Origin: DHVE2 group archaeon
Lineage (GTDB): Archaea; Thermoplasmatota; Thermoplasmata; Thermoplasmatales; Aciduliprofundaceae
Direction: 5' to 3'
Length of the DNA stretch: 60,275 nt
Assembly (NCBI GenBank): GCA_015521465.1
Contig: WAOD01000062.1
Location: 1-60,275, forward strand
Shown piece by piece: positions 42,106 to 51,882 of this stretch. The position numbers and the translations under genes are program-made. The notes beneath the pieces are model-generated. The model was not told the origin of the DNA. It made no database searches and was given only the letters and a program-made list of their open reading frames with translations. Every line of letters starts with the position of its first letter. Within the stretch, counting starts at the first letter, position 1.

Positions 42106-42813
42106 ATGCTCTTCCATTCTGTTCCTGGATTAGAAAAAATATTTGCAAAGGATGTAAACAAGCCAAAGGTCATCTTGATAGTGGGTCCCCCTGGCTCGAT
42201 GAAGACCACTTTTGCATACACGGTAATGACTCGTTATCTAACTCAGACAGGCGAGTTTGGGTTATATACCACCCTGGAAGAGCCCGTGGATTCACATCTT
42301 GCAAATATGGAAAGTCTTGGGATAAAATTGACCAGAAACATGCAGGTTTCTGATATTAGTGACTTGAGAGAAATGGACCTCATTTTAGGTGAGAAAGAGA
42401 AGGTGGATTATCTTTCGCTTATTGAAAAAATGATTGTGCATTTCAAGGAAGAGATGAAGGATAAGTTTTCTTTCTTCACCTTGGATTCTTTGGGTGCACT
42501 GTATTCCATAATGCCCAATACTGAAAATCTAAGGCAGCAGATGTTCTATTTCATGCGCACGCTTCATGGCTACAATTTGTATTCTTTTATAATCATGGAA
42601 GAGCAGCTTGGAGGTGGAGTCTCATACCTTGGCAACGAGGGATTCTTGGTAGATGGTATAATCCACCTCGGGGTGGACCGTTCTCGCGGCAGGCTTGTAA
42701 GGTATCTCCAGGTTGAAAAGATGCGCACTTCCGAACACAGCATGGAAAAATTTGCCTTCGAATTCCGGGATGGAAAGATAAACATTCTTGGTCCTATATT
42801 CGAGCAGGACTAA
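42106..42813 (+). CDS. KaiC/RAD55-family single-domain ATPase
   Basis: GPPGSMKTT, TLEE, LDSL, LVDGIIHL, VEKMRTSEH. Confidence 0.85.
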   Translation: MLFHSVPGLEKIFAKDVNKPKVILIVGPPGSMKTTFAYTVMTRYLTQTGEFGLYTTLEEPVDSHLANMESLGIKLTRNMQVSDISDLREMDLILGEKEKVDYLSLIEKMIVHFKEEMKDKFSFFTLDSLGALYSIMPNTENLRQQMFYFMRTLHGYNLYSFIIMEEQLGGGVSYLGNEGFLVDGIIHLGVDRSRGRLVRYLQVEKMRTSEHSMEKFAFEFRDGKINILGPIFEQD

Positions 42814-43247
42814 ATGTCAAACAAAACCTTTGCGTATCCTTCTTTTAAATTTATTTCCAATTCGTGGTATGTCACCGCTTTTATTTCCATTTTTATGTTG
42901 TGTCTGCTCTTGTCTATTGGCTCACCAAGTGCCACTCCTGATAAAGTGTATTTCTCATCTATTTTGTGAATTATCACATTGAAATCACCCATTAGAACAA
43001 ACTCCACGCTGTAAACGTATAGCAATTCTGAAAGGTAATCTACTAAAAGGTCCTCTAAGGTTGGCGACTCTATGCTTACTCTGTACTTTCCAACAGTATA
43101 TACTTTTTCTATGTCCGTTATCAAATCAAACATCGCGTACGCTGCTTTTTCGAATAACTCCTCAACACGCTTTCCTCTTACCTTGATTCCTATATCCGCC
43201 GTGTGCTCCAGCACTTCGTAGGGCTTGGTGCTGTGCTTATCATCCAT
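42810..43247 (-). CDS. Archease
   Basis: LEHTADIG, IKAVTYH, terminal LFDI. Confidence 0.93.
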   Translation of the reverse strand: MDDKHSTKPYEVLEHTADIGIKVRGKRVEELFEKAAYAMFDLITDIEKVYTVGKYRVSIESPTLEDLLVDYLSELLYVYSVEFVLMGDFNVIIHKIDEKYTLSGVALGEPIDKSRHNIKMEIKAVTYHELEINLKEGYAKVLFDI

Positions 43248-43331
43248 AAATAGTAATTCACAGGTATGCTTTAAGCTTTTCCTTTCTTGTTTATTCCGCA
43301 AGTATTAATTTATTCAAATGCATGCTGGCTT

Positions 43332-44801
43332 ATGAATGTGCTGATAAGCGTTTCAGACAAGAGCAACATAGATCGCTTTGCAAGAGCATTGATTGACATG
43401 GGTCACAAGATTATTTCCACAGGGGGAACTTATAAATTTCTTTCAGAAAGAGGTATAAATGTTACAAAAGTGGAGGATATTACCCGCTTTCCGGAGATTC
43501 TAAATGGCCGTGTTAAAACCCTTCATCCTGCGATACATGGTGGGATTCTTGCAAAAAGCTATAATGATCTGGAAGGGAGCGAAATCAAGCCAATAGACAT
43601 GGTGGTGGTAAACCTATATCCTTTTGAAAGGTACGTAACTGCAAGTGAGGAGGAGCTCATAGAGAATATTGATATTGGGGGTGTGGCTCTCCTGCGGGCC
43701 GCCGCCAAAAATTACAATCGCGTCATAGTGGTATCTAGTGTGGAACAGTACGATGAAGTAATCACACTTCTAAAATCCGGAAAATTCAACATTGAGAAGC
43801 GCCGGGAATTCGCTTTAAGGGCATTTGCACTAACCGCGGCATATGATTCTGTGATATACAACACATTGCATTCTCGTTTCCGCGATGGTTTTCCGGAGTT
43901 CCTTTTATTAGCCAAGCCCATGAGGGATATGCTCAGGTACGGAGAAAATCCGCACCAGAAAGGTGCTTTTTACAGTAATACCAAATCATTCGTACAGCAT
44001 CACGGAAAAAAACTGTCTTTCAATAATTTATACGATATGGATTCTGCGTATTCAATAGTTTCAGAGTTTGAAGAGCCGGCTGTGGCAGTGATAAAACACG
44101 CAAACCCTTGTGGGGCTGCGGTTGGGAAGAGCCAGGCAGATGCTTTTGAAAGGGCGTGGGCCGGTGACCCCATGTCTGCTTACGGTAGCATTGTGTCTTT
44201 CAATAAAACTCTGAATCTGGAGACTGCAGAACTTCTTAAAAAAAAGTTTGTTGAAGTGGTGGTTGCTCCGGGTTTCTCAGAAGATGCTTTAGAACTGCTC
44301 AAAAAGAAGAAGAATTTAAGAGTAATTGAAATGAAAAATAGAAGGTCTGAAGCTTTTGAATTGAGGCAGCTTGGTTTTGGATTTTTAGTGCAGGAATGGA
44401 ACGATAAAAAGTTGAGCGATTACAGGGTTGTATCCCGGAGAGCGCCGATTGATAGCGAGATAAAGGACATGCTTTTTGCGTGGAAAATTGTCAAGCATGT
44501 CAAGAGCAATGCCATAGTGTTTGCAAAGGATGGTATGGTTGTGGGTGTGGGTGCCGGACAGATGAGCAGGGTTGACTCTGTCAGGATTGCGCGGTTCAAA
44601 GCTGGAGATAGAGCGGCAGGAGGGGTCATGGCCTCCGATGCGTTCTTCCCATTTAGAGATGGTATAGATGAGGCATTTGAAGCTGGAATAACTGCCATTA
44701 TTCAGCCTGGTGGCTCTATACGCGATGAAGATGTGATAAGTGCTGTTGACGAGCATGATATGGCAATGGTTTTCACAGGATACCGCGTGTTCAGGCACTG
44801 A
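43332..44801 (+). CDS. purH: Bifunctional AICAR transformylase/IMP cyclohydrolase
   Basis: LISVSDK, STGGT, GRVKTLHP, IDIGG, LRYGENPHQ, KHANPCG, ASDAFFPF, QPGGS. Confidence 0.96.
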   Translation: MNVLISVSDKSNIDRFARALIDMGHKIISTGGTYKFLSERGINVTKVEDITRFPEILNGRVKTLHPAIHGGILAKSYNDLEGSEIKPIDMVVVNLYPFERYVTASEEELIENIDIGGVALLRAAAKNYNRVIVVSSVEQYDEVITLLKSGKFNIEKRREFALRAFALTAAYDSVIYNTLHSRFRDGFPEFLLLAKPMRDMLRYGENPHQKGAFYSNTKSFVQHHGKKLSFNNLYDMDSAYSIVSEFEEPAVAVIKHANPCGAAVGKSQADAFERAWAGDPMSAYGSIVSFNKTLNLETAELLKKKFVEVVVAPGFSEDALELLKKKKNLRVIEMKNRRSEAFELRQLGFGFLVQEWNDKKLSDYRVVSRRAPIDSEIKDMLFAWKIVKHVKSNAIVFAKDGMVVGVGAGQMSRVDSVRIARFKAGDRAAGGVMASDAFFPFRDGIDEAFEAGITAIIQPGGSIRDEDVISAVDEHDMAMVFTGYRVFRH

Positions 44802-44810
44802 GGTGATTGT

Positions 44811-45974
44811 ATGTATCTTACAAGAGAAGAGGAAAAGGTACTTGATGGAGAGTTAGGAACTGGTTACGAGAAGATGATGCGCATTCTTGTAAAGATGGGA
44901 GAGATATTTGGAGCGGAGCGTCTCATACCTGTGAAATCCGCACAGATATCTGGTGTGTCATACAGGACAATAGGTGATGCGGGGTTGCATTTTTTAAAAA
45001 GCTTGCACGGAGTTCGTGTGTCCGTTCCAGCTACTCTAAATCCTCTTGCATTTGATGACGATCATTTAAAAGAGCTACGTGTTGATGAGGAAATGTATCA
45101 AAAGCAGATGGAGATCATAACGGCATATACGGACATGGGAATAAAGCCCACGATGACCTGTACTCCCTATTATTACGATAATGTTCCAGATTTTGGAGAG
45201 CATATTGCATGGGCGGAAAGTTCTGCGGTTATATATGCTAATTCCATTATTGGTGCAAGAACAAATAGAGAAGGTTCTGTAAGTGCACTTGCATCTGCGG
45301 TCATTGGAAAAACGCCAGAGTACGGTTATCATCTCAAAGAAAATAGAAAAGCAACGCACATTATAGATGTTAATTTCGAGCCGGAAGGCGAGGATTATCC
45401 GCTTATTGGACTATTTGTGGGTTCTGCAGTGGATGGGGTGCCATACTTCCGAATAAGAGGTGATTACACAGACTTTAAGTTGATGGGTGCTGCCATGGCT
45501 GCCTCTGGGAGCGTGGCCATGTACCATGTGGAAAGCATCACGCCGGAGTATAAGGGTGCTTTGAATGATAATGTGGAACGGATAACTGTCGATAGGAATG
45601 ACATTGAGGGGTTCAAAGGAGCTCCGGTGGACGTTGAGTTGGTGGCCATAGGGTGCCCTCATGTTTCTCGTGATGAACTGAGAAAGATTGCCGAGTTTTT
45701 AGATGGTAAAAGGAAAAAAAGAGGCGTGGAGTTATGGATATTTGCTGCCAAAAGCGTCATGGATAGAAGCGATGAATATGTGAATGTTATACGCAAATTT
45801 GGGGGCAAGGTAATGAAAGATACTTGCGTGGTGGTAAGCAATGCCGGAAAGATATACAGTTATATAGGAACAAATTCTGGAAAGGCCGCTTTTTACCTGC
45901 GCAAAGAAAAGTTTGGAGGTGCTAAGGTTGTGGTTCGTGACATGTACACTTTATTAAGGAGCGTGATTGAATGA
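44811..45974 (+). CDS. Aconitase X large subunit; probable phosphomevalonate dehydratase
   Basis: ISGVSY, TLNP, TCTPY, AWAESSA, GARTNRE, IGCPH, DTC. Confidence 0.85.
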   Translation: MYLTREEEKVLDGELGTGYEKMMRILVKMGEIFGAERLIPVKSAQISGVSYRTIGDAGLHFLKSLHGVRVSVPATLNPLAFDDDHLKELRVDEEMYQKQMEIITAYTDMGIKPTMTCTPYYYDNVPDFGEHIAWAESSAVIYANSIIGARTNREGSVSALASAVIGKTPEYGYHLKENRKATHIIDVNFEPEGEDYPLIGLFVGSAVDGVPYFRIRGDYTDFKLMGAAMAASGSVAMYHVESITPEYKGALNDNVERITVDRNDIEGFKGAPVDVELVAIGCPHVSRDELRKIAEFLDGKRKKRGVELWIFAAKSVMDRSDEYVNVIRKFGGKVMKDTCVVVSNAGKIYSYIGTNSGKAAFYLRKEKFGGAKVVVRDMYTLLRSVIE

Positions 45975-46339
45975 TTGTGCGGGGTAAAGTGATATATCCA
46001 GGGGTAGCAAAGGGAAAAGCAGTTAAATGCGAAAAGCCAGTGGTTATCCTCGGGGACGTGGACGCAAAAAAAGGCACTGTGGAAGGATGCGGTAATGTGA
46101 AGAACAAAATTCTTGTTTTTCCCCGGGGTGCAGGAAGCACGGTTGCTTCATACACTATCTACGCGCTTAGATATTACAACACAGCTCCAGCTGGTATAAT
46201 AGTTGAAAATGCCGAGCCAATTGTGGTGGCAGGCTCAATAATAGCGGAGATACCAACGGTGGATGGCATAGACCTATCATTAATAAAGTCGGGTATGTTG
46301 GTGAAAATAGAGAATGACAGGGTGATAATTCCTGATTAA
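45971..46339 (+). CDS. Aconitase X small (swivel) subunit; probable phosphomevalonate dehydratase
   Basis: KILVFPRGAGSTV, APAGI; ATGA overlap with the large subunit. Confidence 0.85.
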   Translation: MIVRGKVIYPGVAKGKAVKCEKPVVILGDVDAKKGTVEGCGNVKNKILVFPRGAGSTVASYTIYALRYYNTAPAGIIVENAEPIVVAGSIIAEIPTVDGIDLSLIKSGMLVKIENDRVIIPD

Positions 46340-49300
46340 AGCTTTCCATCAACCGTTTCCTTCAGTTTTTCTATTTCTTTGTCATCTTCCAATTCTTCAA
46401 CGTTAAACAGCATTATAGCGTTCGCTTTCTGTATTTCCTCTTTTATCTCCTTTATAAAGTCGTTTATAGTATCAAAACCGTTTATTGCCACCATGAAGTC
46501 AAATGCATCCCACATTACTATTTTTGCACCTTTTGCCAGGTTCTTTATTATTGCATCTTTCAGGCTTTCAAGGTCCTTTGGCTTGATATTCTTGCCCATC
46601 GGCACGTAAGATATCCATATTACCGAGGTGTTTTTCAGGTTGTACTCTTTTTTTACAGTGTCTGGATCTTCCTTTGTTATAAGCACTTTCTTTTCGTCTT
46701 TGTAGGAGGATGTGACTATGGAGGCAACCTTGGAGAAATCACCCCAGGCAAGGTAAATTTTGCCTTCCGAAATTCCCTCTTTCTTTTCCATCTCAACTCT
46801 TATCGGTGCACCACAATGTGGACAAAAATCGTCGTCTTCGCTCAGCTCTGTTCCGCAGAACGGGCACACATTTTTTCCATTCTCTTTTTTCGGTTTAAAT
46901 GCCGTGGAAAACAGGTACTCTTTTATTTTGTTGGCAAAGCTCATTGAGAAGCCAGGTATCTCAGCCAGGTCCGTTGGCGATGCTTGCATCAACTCGTAAA
47001 CGCTTCCGTACCCCATTTGGAACAGCGTTTCTGCTTTGTTCTCTGCAATTCCCGGGATGCTCATAAATGCCTTTATGACCCACTTTTTAAAAAGAGGATT
47101 TATTCCTATAATCACGTCAAAATCCATTATTGGCCACTCTATAACGTAAGCGTATTCCACGTATTCAAAATCCACATTTCTTGCTCGTGTTCTCTCTTTT
47201 ATTTCATCGGTGTATCCCTTTAAAATACGGAGTATGTAGTTGTCAGAGGATATGCTGACATCTATAACATCGTCGTAATCCATGTTTATATCTTTACGCA
47301 TGTAGTTTATGCGCCTTATAACCTCGTTTACCATCCTTATACGCATGGTGGTAATATCTCTTTCAGTGTTGAAGTATAAGTCTCCGTACTTGGATTCCCT
47401 TTTCACGTATCCTTTAGGAACTTTCTCTATAAATTTAACCATGTCCGGGGTGATGCGCACCACGAACCCTTCTATGCCCATGGTATAGCCGCCTACGTTC
47501 AGTGCGTTCATAACATCTTTTATATTTTTGCGTTTCAGCAAATACGCTATTTTTGGGGCCCATGAACGGTACATTCTGTTAATTGCTTCAACATCCGGTT
47601 CGATGATAACGTCCATTTCTTCCCATTTTTCAGTGGGATAAAACACGAGAACGTTTGTAAATCTCATAATTATCTCTGAGAACTCTTTTAACATCTCTGC
47701 TTTTTCCGATACAAATACCACCTTTTTTAAGGGCTCTCTACGGGGAATTCCCCTTTCCTTTCTGAATTTCATGATTTGTCTAATAATACTCCTGACAATT
47801 TCCATTCCCTTTACTTCCAAAACCTCTGTTGTTTCAATTTTTATTGTCTCAGCGTTCATTTTAGATAGGAATTCTTCGCTAAATTCCTGGTCAAATACCA
47901 AAAACATTCTAAGTGCGTCTAATATTGGCTCTTCTAAAATGGATTCTTTTCTTCTCATGCTTACGTAAAATCTGGAAATGTCTTTCACGGCAAAATTGTA
48001 AAGTAAGTGAAAAGCATCTTTGAAGTTCCCGTTATTTGCTCTGGAAATAAAACCCCTTTTTACCTGTTCTGTTCTGTATAGCATCCAGTTATCAATTATG
48101 TCTCTGGGTTCAGATTTTCCGTATATTTCTATGTACTTTTTGAGATTTTCCAGTACGTTTTTTAGTTTTCTAATTTTGGTGGCGTTGTCCCCAACTTTAC
48201 CCCTGTTCTTGAGCATGTAGAGTACTTGTTCAACATCCTCTTCTGGGTATTTGCTGCGAATTATATATGTGTAATCGGAAATCTTCTTGTTATTTGCTTT
48301 TAAGAACTCGTTAATGATTTTATATTTTTGCCTTTTCTCATGAAGGAATGCCACGCCTTCTCCGCTACCCATGCTGTAATAAGCGCCTACCGTAATGAAT
48401 GATGGGTTGTAAAAAAATGGTCTCTCCATAACATTTCCACAAATTGGACAGTTTTTGACCTGTTCATCTCCGTGCTCAAAGTGACCGCATGAGTTACAGT
48501 ACAGTATGGGCATCCGGTACGCTCCGCCGTCCGCTGAAATTTCAATGTTTATTTTTTCGTCTTTTAGGTGCAGCTTGGGTATATTCACCTCCTTTAATAC
48601 ATCACCGCACTTGGGGCACACCAATCTCTTTACTTTGAATGTGACAGAGTATATGACGGAATATGAAGAAATCCTCTTTTTAAGGTTGTATTCGTCCACA
48701 TCTCTTTTAGTGAGATACCCCGTGTGATAGTTTCCCACTGCAACGTATTTAACAATTTTGATATTTTTTGATATATCTCCAAACTTCCCGGTCATAATTT
48801 CCTGCTCGGGTACTTCTATTTTGTTTATCAGCACATCTTTCATGTCTGCTGGAGCAATCCAGATCTCATTGCCCATTTGCACGTATATTAAATCCTCATT
48901 GTCGCTTATGGCCAATCCTACTGGATCATACCCTTTCTTTATTTTATCTATGAAGTACAACCTGCGTCCAATTCGAACTCTCACGATGTTGTAGACCTCA
49001 TCTATTTCCTCCTCTTTAACTTCATCTTTGGAGTAATGGGTGTTGCACCTCCTGCAGTAATAACTTTTTCTGGTGACAATTCTCAATTTACCATCTTTGT
49101 ACAGCTCCCCTATCAAATTGTCAAGCTCACCTATATACTCTTCCGCTTTTATTATATTGAAATCTCCATCTATTTTTTTTATTACCTCGTAATCCTCGTC
49201 TCTAATCCCGTATGTAACCACGTTTACGTTTACGTCTTCCCCTAATATTCTTTTGAATCTTTTATAGGTGGAGTAATGAACAAACTCATCAATTTCTTCT

Positions 49301-49356
49301 TTTGTCACTTTGTTTTCAATGGGATACGTGAATATTTGCCCACTCATACTAATCAT
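46336..49356 (-). CDS. Inactivated IleRS paralog fused to HhH, zinc ribbon and DUF835-like domain
   Basis: Collinear IleRS-like segments (YYCRRCNTH..DEV, MPILYCNSCG..CPICGNVMER, DNWML, KDISRFYV, RKERGIPRREPL, EVIRRINYMRK) without HIGH/KMSKS; SIPGIAENKA..EIPGFS; CPFCG..CPHCG; LITK..P..VIWIS..VMWDAFDF..INGF. Confidence 0.78.
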   Translation of the reverse strand: MISMSGQIFTYPIENKVTKEEIDEFVHYSTYKRFKRILGEDVNVNVVTYGIRDEDYEVIKKIDGDFNIIKAEEYIGELDNLIGELYKDGKLRIVTRKSYYCRRCNTHYSKDEVKEEEIDEVYNIVRVRIGRRLYFIDKIKKGYDPVGLAISDNEDLIYVQMGNEIWIAPADMKDVLINKIEVPEQEIMTGKFGDISKNIKIVKYVAVGNYHTGYLTKRDVDEYNLKKRISSYSVIYSVTFKVKRLVCPKCGDVLKEVNIPKLHLKDEKINIEISADGGAYRMPILYCNSCGHFEHGDEQVKNCPICGNVMERPFFYNPSFITVGAYYSMGSGEGVAFLHEKRQKYKIINEFLKANNKKISDYTYIIRSKYPEEDVEQVLYMLKNRGKVGDNATKIRKLKNVLENLKKYIEIYGKSEPRDIIDNWMLYRTEQVKRGFISRANNGNFKDAFHLLYNFAVKDISRFYVSMRRKESILEEPILDALRMFLVFDQEFSEEFLSKMNAETIKIETTEVLEVKGMEIVRSIIRQIMKFRKERGIPRREPLKKVVFVSEKAEMLKEFSEIIMRFTNVLVFYPTEKWEEMDVIIEPDVEAINRMYRSWAPKIAYLLKRKNIKDVMNALNVGGYTMGIEGFVVRITPDMVKFIEKVPKGYVKRESKYGDLYFNTERDITTMRIRMVNEVIRRINYMRKDINMDYDDVIDVSISSDNYILRILKGYTDEIKERTRARNVDFEYVEYAYVIEWPIMDFDVIIGINPLFKKWVIKAFMSIPGIAENKAETLFQMGYGSVYELMQASPTDLAEIPGFSMSFANKIKEYLFSTAFKPKKENGKNVCPFCGTELSEDDDFCPHCGAPIRVEMEKKEGISEGKIYLAWGDFSKVASIVTSSYKDEKKVLITKEDPDTVKKEYNLKNTSVIWISYVPMGKNIKPKDLESLKDAIIKNLAKGAKIVMWDAFDFMVAINGFDTINDFIKEIKEEIQKANAIMLFNVEELEDDKEIEKLKETVDGKL

Positions 49357-49503
49357 TACCCTAAACTTGTTTCAATAATATATATCTATCGCTTAATTTC
49401 GCAAATTTTGCTCGTTTAATTTTGAAGAGTTTAAAGAATCAAATCACTGATTATTTGCAGTAGTTAGAATAATGATTATATCCATGGTTAATATGTAGGT
49501 GCA

Positions 49504-50319
49504 GTGAATCCTTACATTGCGATAATTCGTATTGGAAATTGCGTAATGTCTGTTGTGGCTGTTTTACTTGTGGGTATAATTTCCGTGGGATACGGAATCA
49601 CCTCTTATTTGCTACAGCTTACTCTTGGAATTCTTACTGTTTTTCTGATAACTGCTGGAGGTAATGTCATAAATGATTATTATGATAGGGAAGTTGATAA
49701 AATAAACCACCCTGAAAGACCTATCCCATCTGGAAAAATCAAGCCGCAAACTGCCGTTATTTACTCAGCGTTTCTATTTTCTGGAGGAATTCTATCCTCT
49801 TATTTCATCTCTACCTGTGCTTTGTTAGTTGCCTCTTATGCTGTTTTCATGCTTCTCCTATATGAATCGTCGTTGAAGTACGAGGGTCTTGCTGGTAACA
49901 TTGCTGTTAGTATCTTAGTTGGAATGCTATTTGTGTATGGGGGCGTGATATTCGGTAATTTGTCTTTGATGGCCATTTTTGCTACTATGGCCTTTTTTGC
50001 GAATCTTGGCAGGGAAATTATAAAGGATGTAGAGGATATGGCGGGGGATATTAATAGGAGAACGCTTCCAAAGAAAATAGGAAGGAAAAAAGCTTCTCTT
50101 TTAGCCATGTCTTTCTTGTATGCATCCGTACTAATTAGCCCGTTGCCGTATCTTTTATTTGGTTTTTCTATATATTATATTTTGGCCGTTCTGGTCTCTG
50201 ACGGAATTTTTATATATGCTGCACACATTCAATTTAAAGACCCCCATGCTGGGCAGAAATACGTCAAGTATGCCATGCTTGCAGGTTTAATCGCGTATCT
50301 GGTAGGTGGATTGACATGA
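49504..50319 (+). CDS. Digeranylgeranylglyceryl phosphate synthase (UbiA family)
   Basis: GNVINDYYDREVDKINHPERPIPSG, GREIIKDVED..GD..TLP; upstream of GGGP synthase. Confidence 0.92.
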   Translation: MNPYIAIIRIGNCVMSVVAVLLVGIISVGYGITSYLLQLTLGILTVFLITAGGNVINDYYDREVDKINHPERPIPSGKIKPQTAVIYSAFLFSGGILSSYFISTCALLVASYAVFMLLLYESSLKYEGLAGNIAVSILVGMLFVYGGVIFGNLSLMAIFATMAFFANLGREIIKDVEDMAGDINRRTLPKKIGRKKASLLAMSFLYASVLISPLPYLLFGFSIYYILAVLVSDGIFIYAAHIQFKDPHAGQKYVKYAMLAGLIAYLVGGLT

Positions 50320-51053
50320 AGGTTATGGAGTATATTGAACAACACGTGAAGGACGGGAAGATGCATATGACTTTAATAGACCCCGATGACCAGACTCCCG
50401 AGACTGCGGGAGAGGTTGCAAAAGCTGCTAAAAGCGCCGGAACAGATGCCATAATGATCGGGGGCTCAACGGGCATAACGAAAGAGTTGATGGACAACAC
50501 CATCAGGGAAATTAAAAAAGTTGTAGAAATTCCTGTAATTATATTTCCCAACTCCGCTCATGTTCTTTCTCCTTATGCTGATGCTTTGTATTTCATGAGC
50601 CTGCTTAACTCCAGGGATGTGGACATGATAATTGGGCAGCAGGTTAAAGGTGCTATTTATGTCAAGAAATTGGGACTTGAGCCTATTCCTATGGGATATA
50701 TAATAGTAGAGCCGGGAATGACTGTTGGCAGGGTTGGAAAAGCAGTGCCCATACCTCGCAAAAACCCGGAGCTAGCTGTTGCATATTCTCTCGCTGCACA
50801 GTACCTTGGTATGCGAATGGTATATCTGGAGGCAGGAAGCGGAGCACCCGAACCTGTACCTGCTGATATGGTCTCTGCGGTTAGAAAGGAGATATCTGTA
50901 CCTCTGGTAGTTGGCGGGGGTATCCGAACTCCAGAAAAAGCCAGGAGTATAGCCAAAGCGGGTGCGGATATTATTGTGACTGGAACTATTGTTGAGATAG
51001 AGAGGGATATAGAATCAAAACTTTCCGAACTGATAAATGCAATTAAGTCCTAA
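50316..51053 (+). CDS. Geranylgeranylglyceryl phosphate synthase
   Basis: TLIDPD, DAIMIGGS, SLLNS, YLEAGSGA, VGGGIR, IVTG. Confidence 0.94.
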   Translation: MKVMEYIEQHVKDGKMHMTLIDPDDQTPETAGEVAKAAKSAGTDAIMIGGSTGITKELMDNTIREIKKVVEIPVIIFPNSAHVLSPYADALYFMSLLNSRDVDMIIGQQVKGAIYVKKLGLEPIPMGYIIVEPGMTVGRVGKAVPIPRKNPELAVAYSLAAQYLGMRMVYLEAGSGAPEPVPADMVSAVRKEISVPLVVGGGIRTPEKARSIAKAGADIIVTGTIVEIERDIESKLSELINAIKS

Positions 51054-51306
51054 ATTTTTCAATATACTTTTTTGCGCTTTTTATAGTGCCCGTGGTTCTG
51101 TATGTTTTTATGCCGTGCTCCATTAATATATTTATAATATTGTCTTTGAACCAATGTCTGCATCTTATTACCGTGCATCCTTGAAAAGTGCCTATTACCC
51201 TTGCTTGTATGTCTATCTCCTTTATTTCCTTCATAGCTTCTTTTATTTTCTCATTTTTTTCCGTAATTATGTACCTTCTCCTTCCTACTTTTGATTTTAT
51301 AACCAC
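51043..51306 (-). CDS. RNase P protein Pop5/Rpp14-like (short)
   Basis: RRRYI...VIRCRH...TTGTIKSAK, typical of Pop5. Confidence 0.65.
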   Translation of the reverse strand: MVIKSKVGRRRYIITEKNEKIKEAMKEIKEIDIQARVIGTFQGCTVIRCRHWFKDNIINILMEHGIKTYRTTGTIKSAKKYIEKFRT

Positions 51307-51450
51307 GAATACCGTATTTAAGACTACTTTAAATTGATATCTATTTTCTGATTCAAAAAATCAAATTAATTGTGTTTTTAATTGCTAACAATTTATTTTA
51401 AATAAATCTCTGCGAAAGGTTATATATTCATTTGAATTTAGCATACCAAA

Positions 51451-51535
51451 GCGGGGGTTCCCGAGCATGGCCAAAGGGGCCGGACTTAAGATCCGGTTCC
51501 GAAGGGATTCGTGGGTTCAAATCCCACCCCCCGCA
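51451..51535 (+). tRNA. tRNA-Leu(TAA)
   Basis: GCGGGGG/CCCCCGC acceptor, CCGGA-CTTAAGA-TCCGG, long variable arm, GGTTCAAATCC. Confidence 0.95.
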
Positions 51536-51637
51536 CTTTTACTTGAGTTTTACAATTATTAGCAAATTTACTATTTTCTGCTATTTTATTATTAATTTAC
51601 TATCAAGATGTCTTATACTTTGGATGCAAAATCAAAG

Positions 51638-51724
51638 TGGCGCCGAGGGGGAGATTCGAACTCCCGAGTCCTCGCGGACAGTGGATCTCGAATCCACCGC
51701 CTTGCCTGGCTAGGCTACCTCGGC
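51638..51724 (-). tRNA. tRNA-Ser(CGA), CCA encoded
   Basis: Reverse complement GCCGAGG...GTGGA-TTCGAGA-TCCAC...GTTCGAATC...CCTCGGCGCCA. Confidence 0.95.
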
Positions 51725-51882
51725 TTTGTGAGGCATAGCATGGGATTATTTTAAATTTTTCTCTAACATGCATACTAAATAATTTTTATTATAAAATCAT
51801 CGTTGAGAATCTCCGTCTTTTGATGCAGCGTTGTAAAGAATATCTCCTCAAATCTTATATAGTAAATTGTACATTGTATCTT

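Noticed and set aside
43332..44801. Bacterial-type PurH in an archaeon as a novelty
   Set aside because: Bifunctional PurH is already known in several euryarchaeal/Thermoplasmata lineages.
51451..51535. tRNA-Leu(TAA) as the partner att site of 8078-8128, implying a 43-kb element
   Set aside because: Anticodon, variable arm and T-stem differ from the att copy, and the intervening genes are core housekeeping.
51432..51713. 93-aa ORF
   Set aside because: It overlaps two tRNA genes; spurious.
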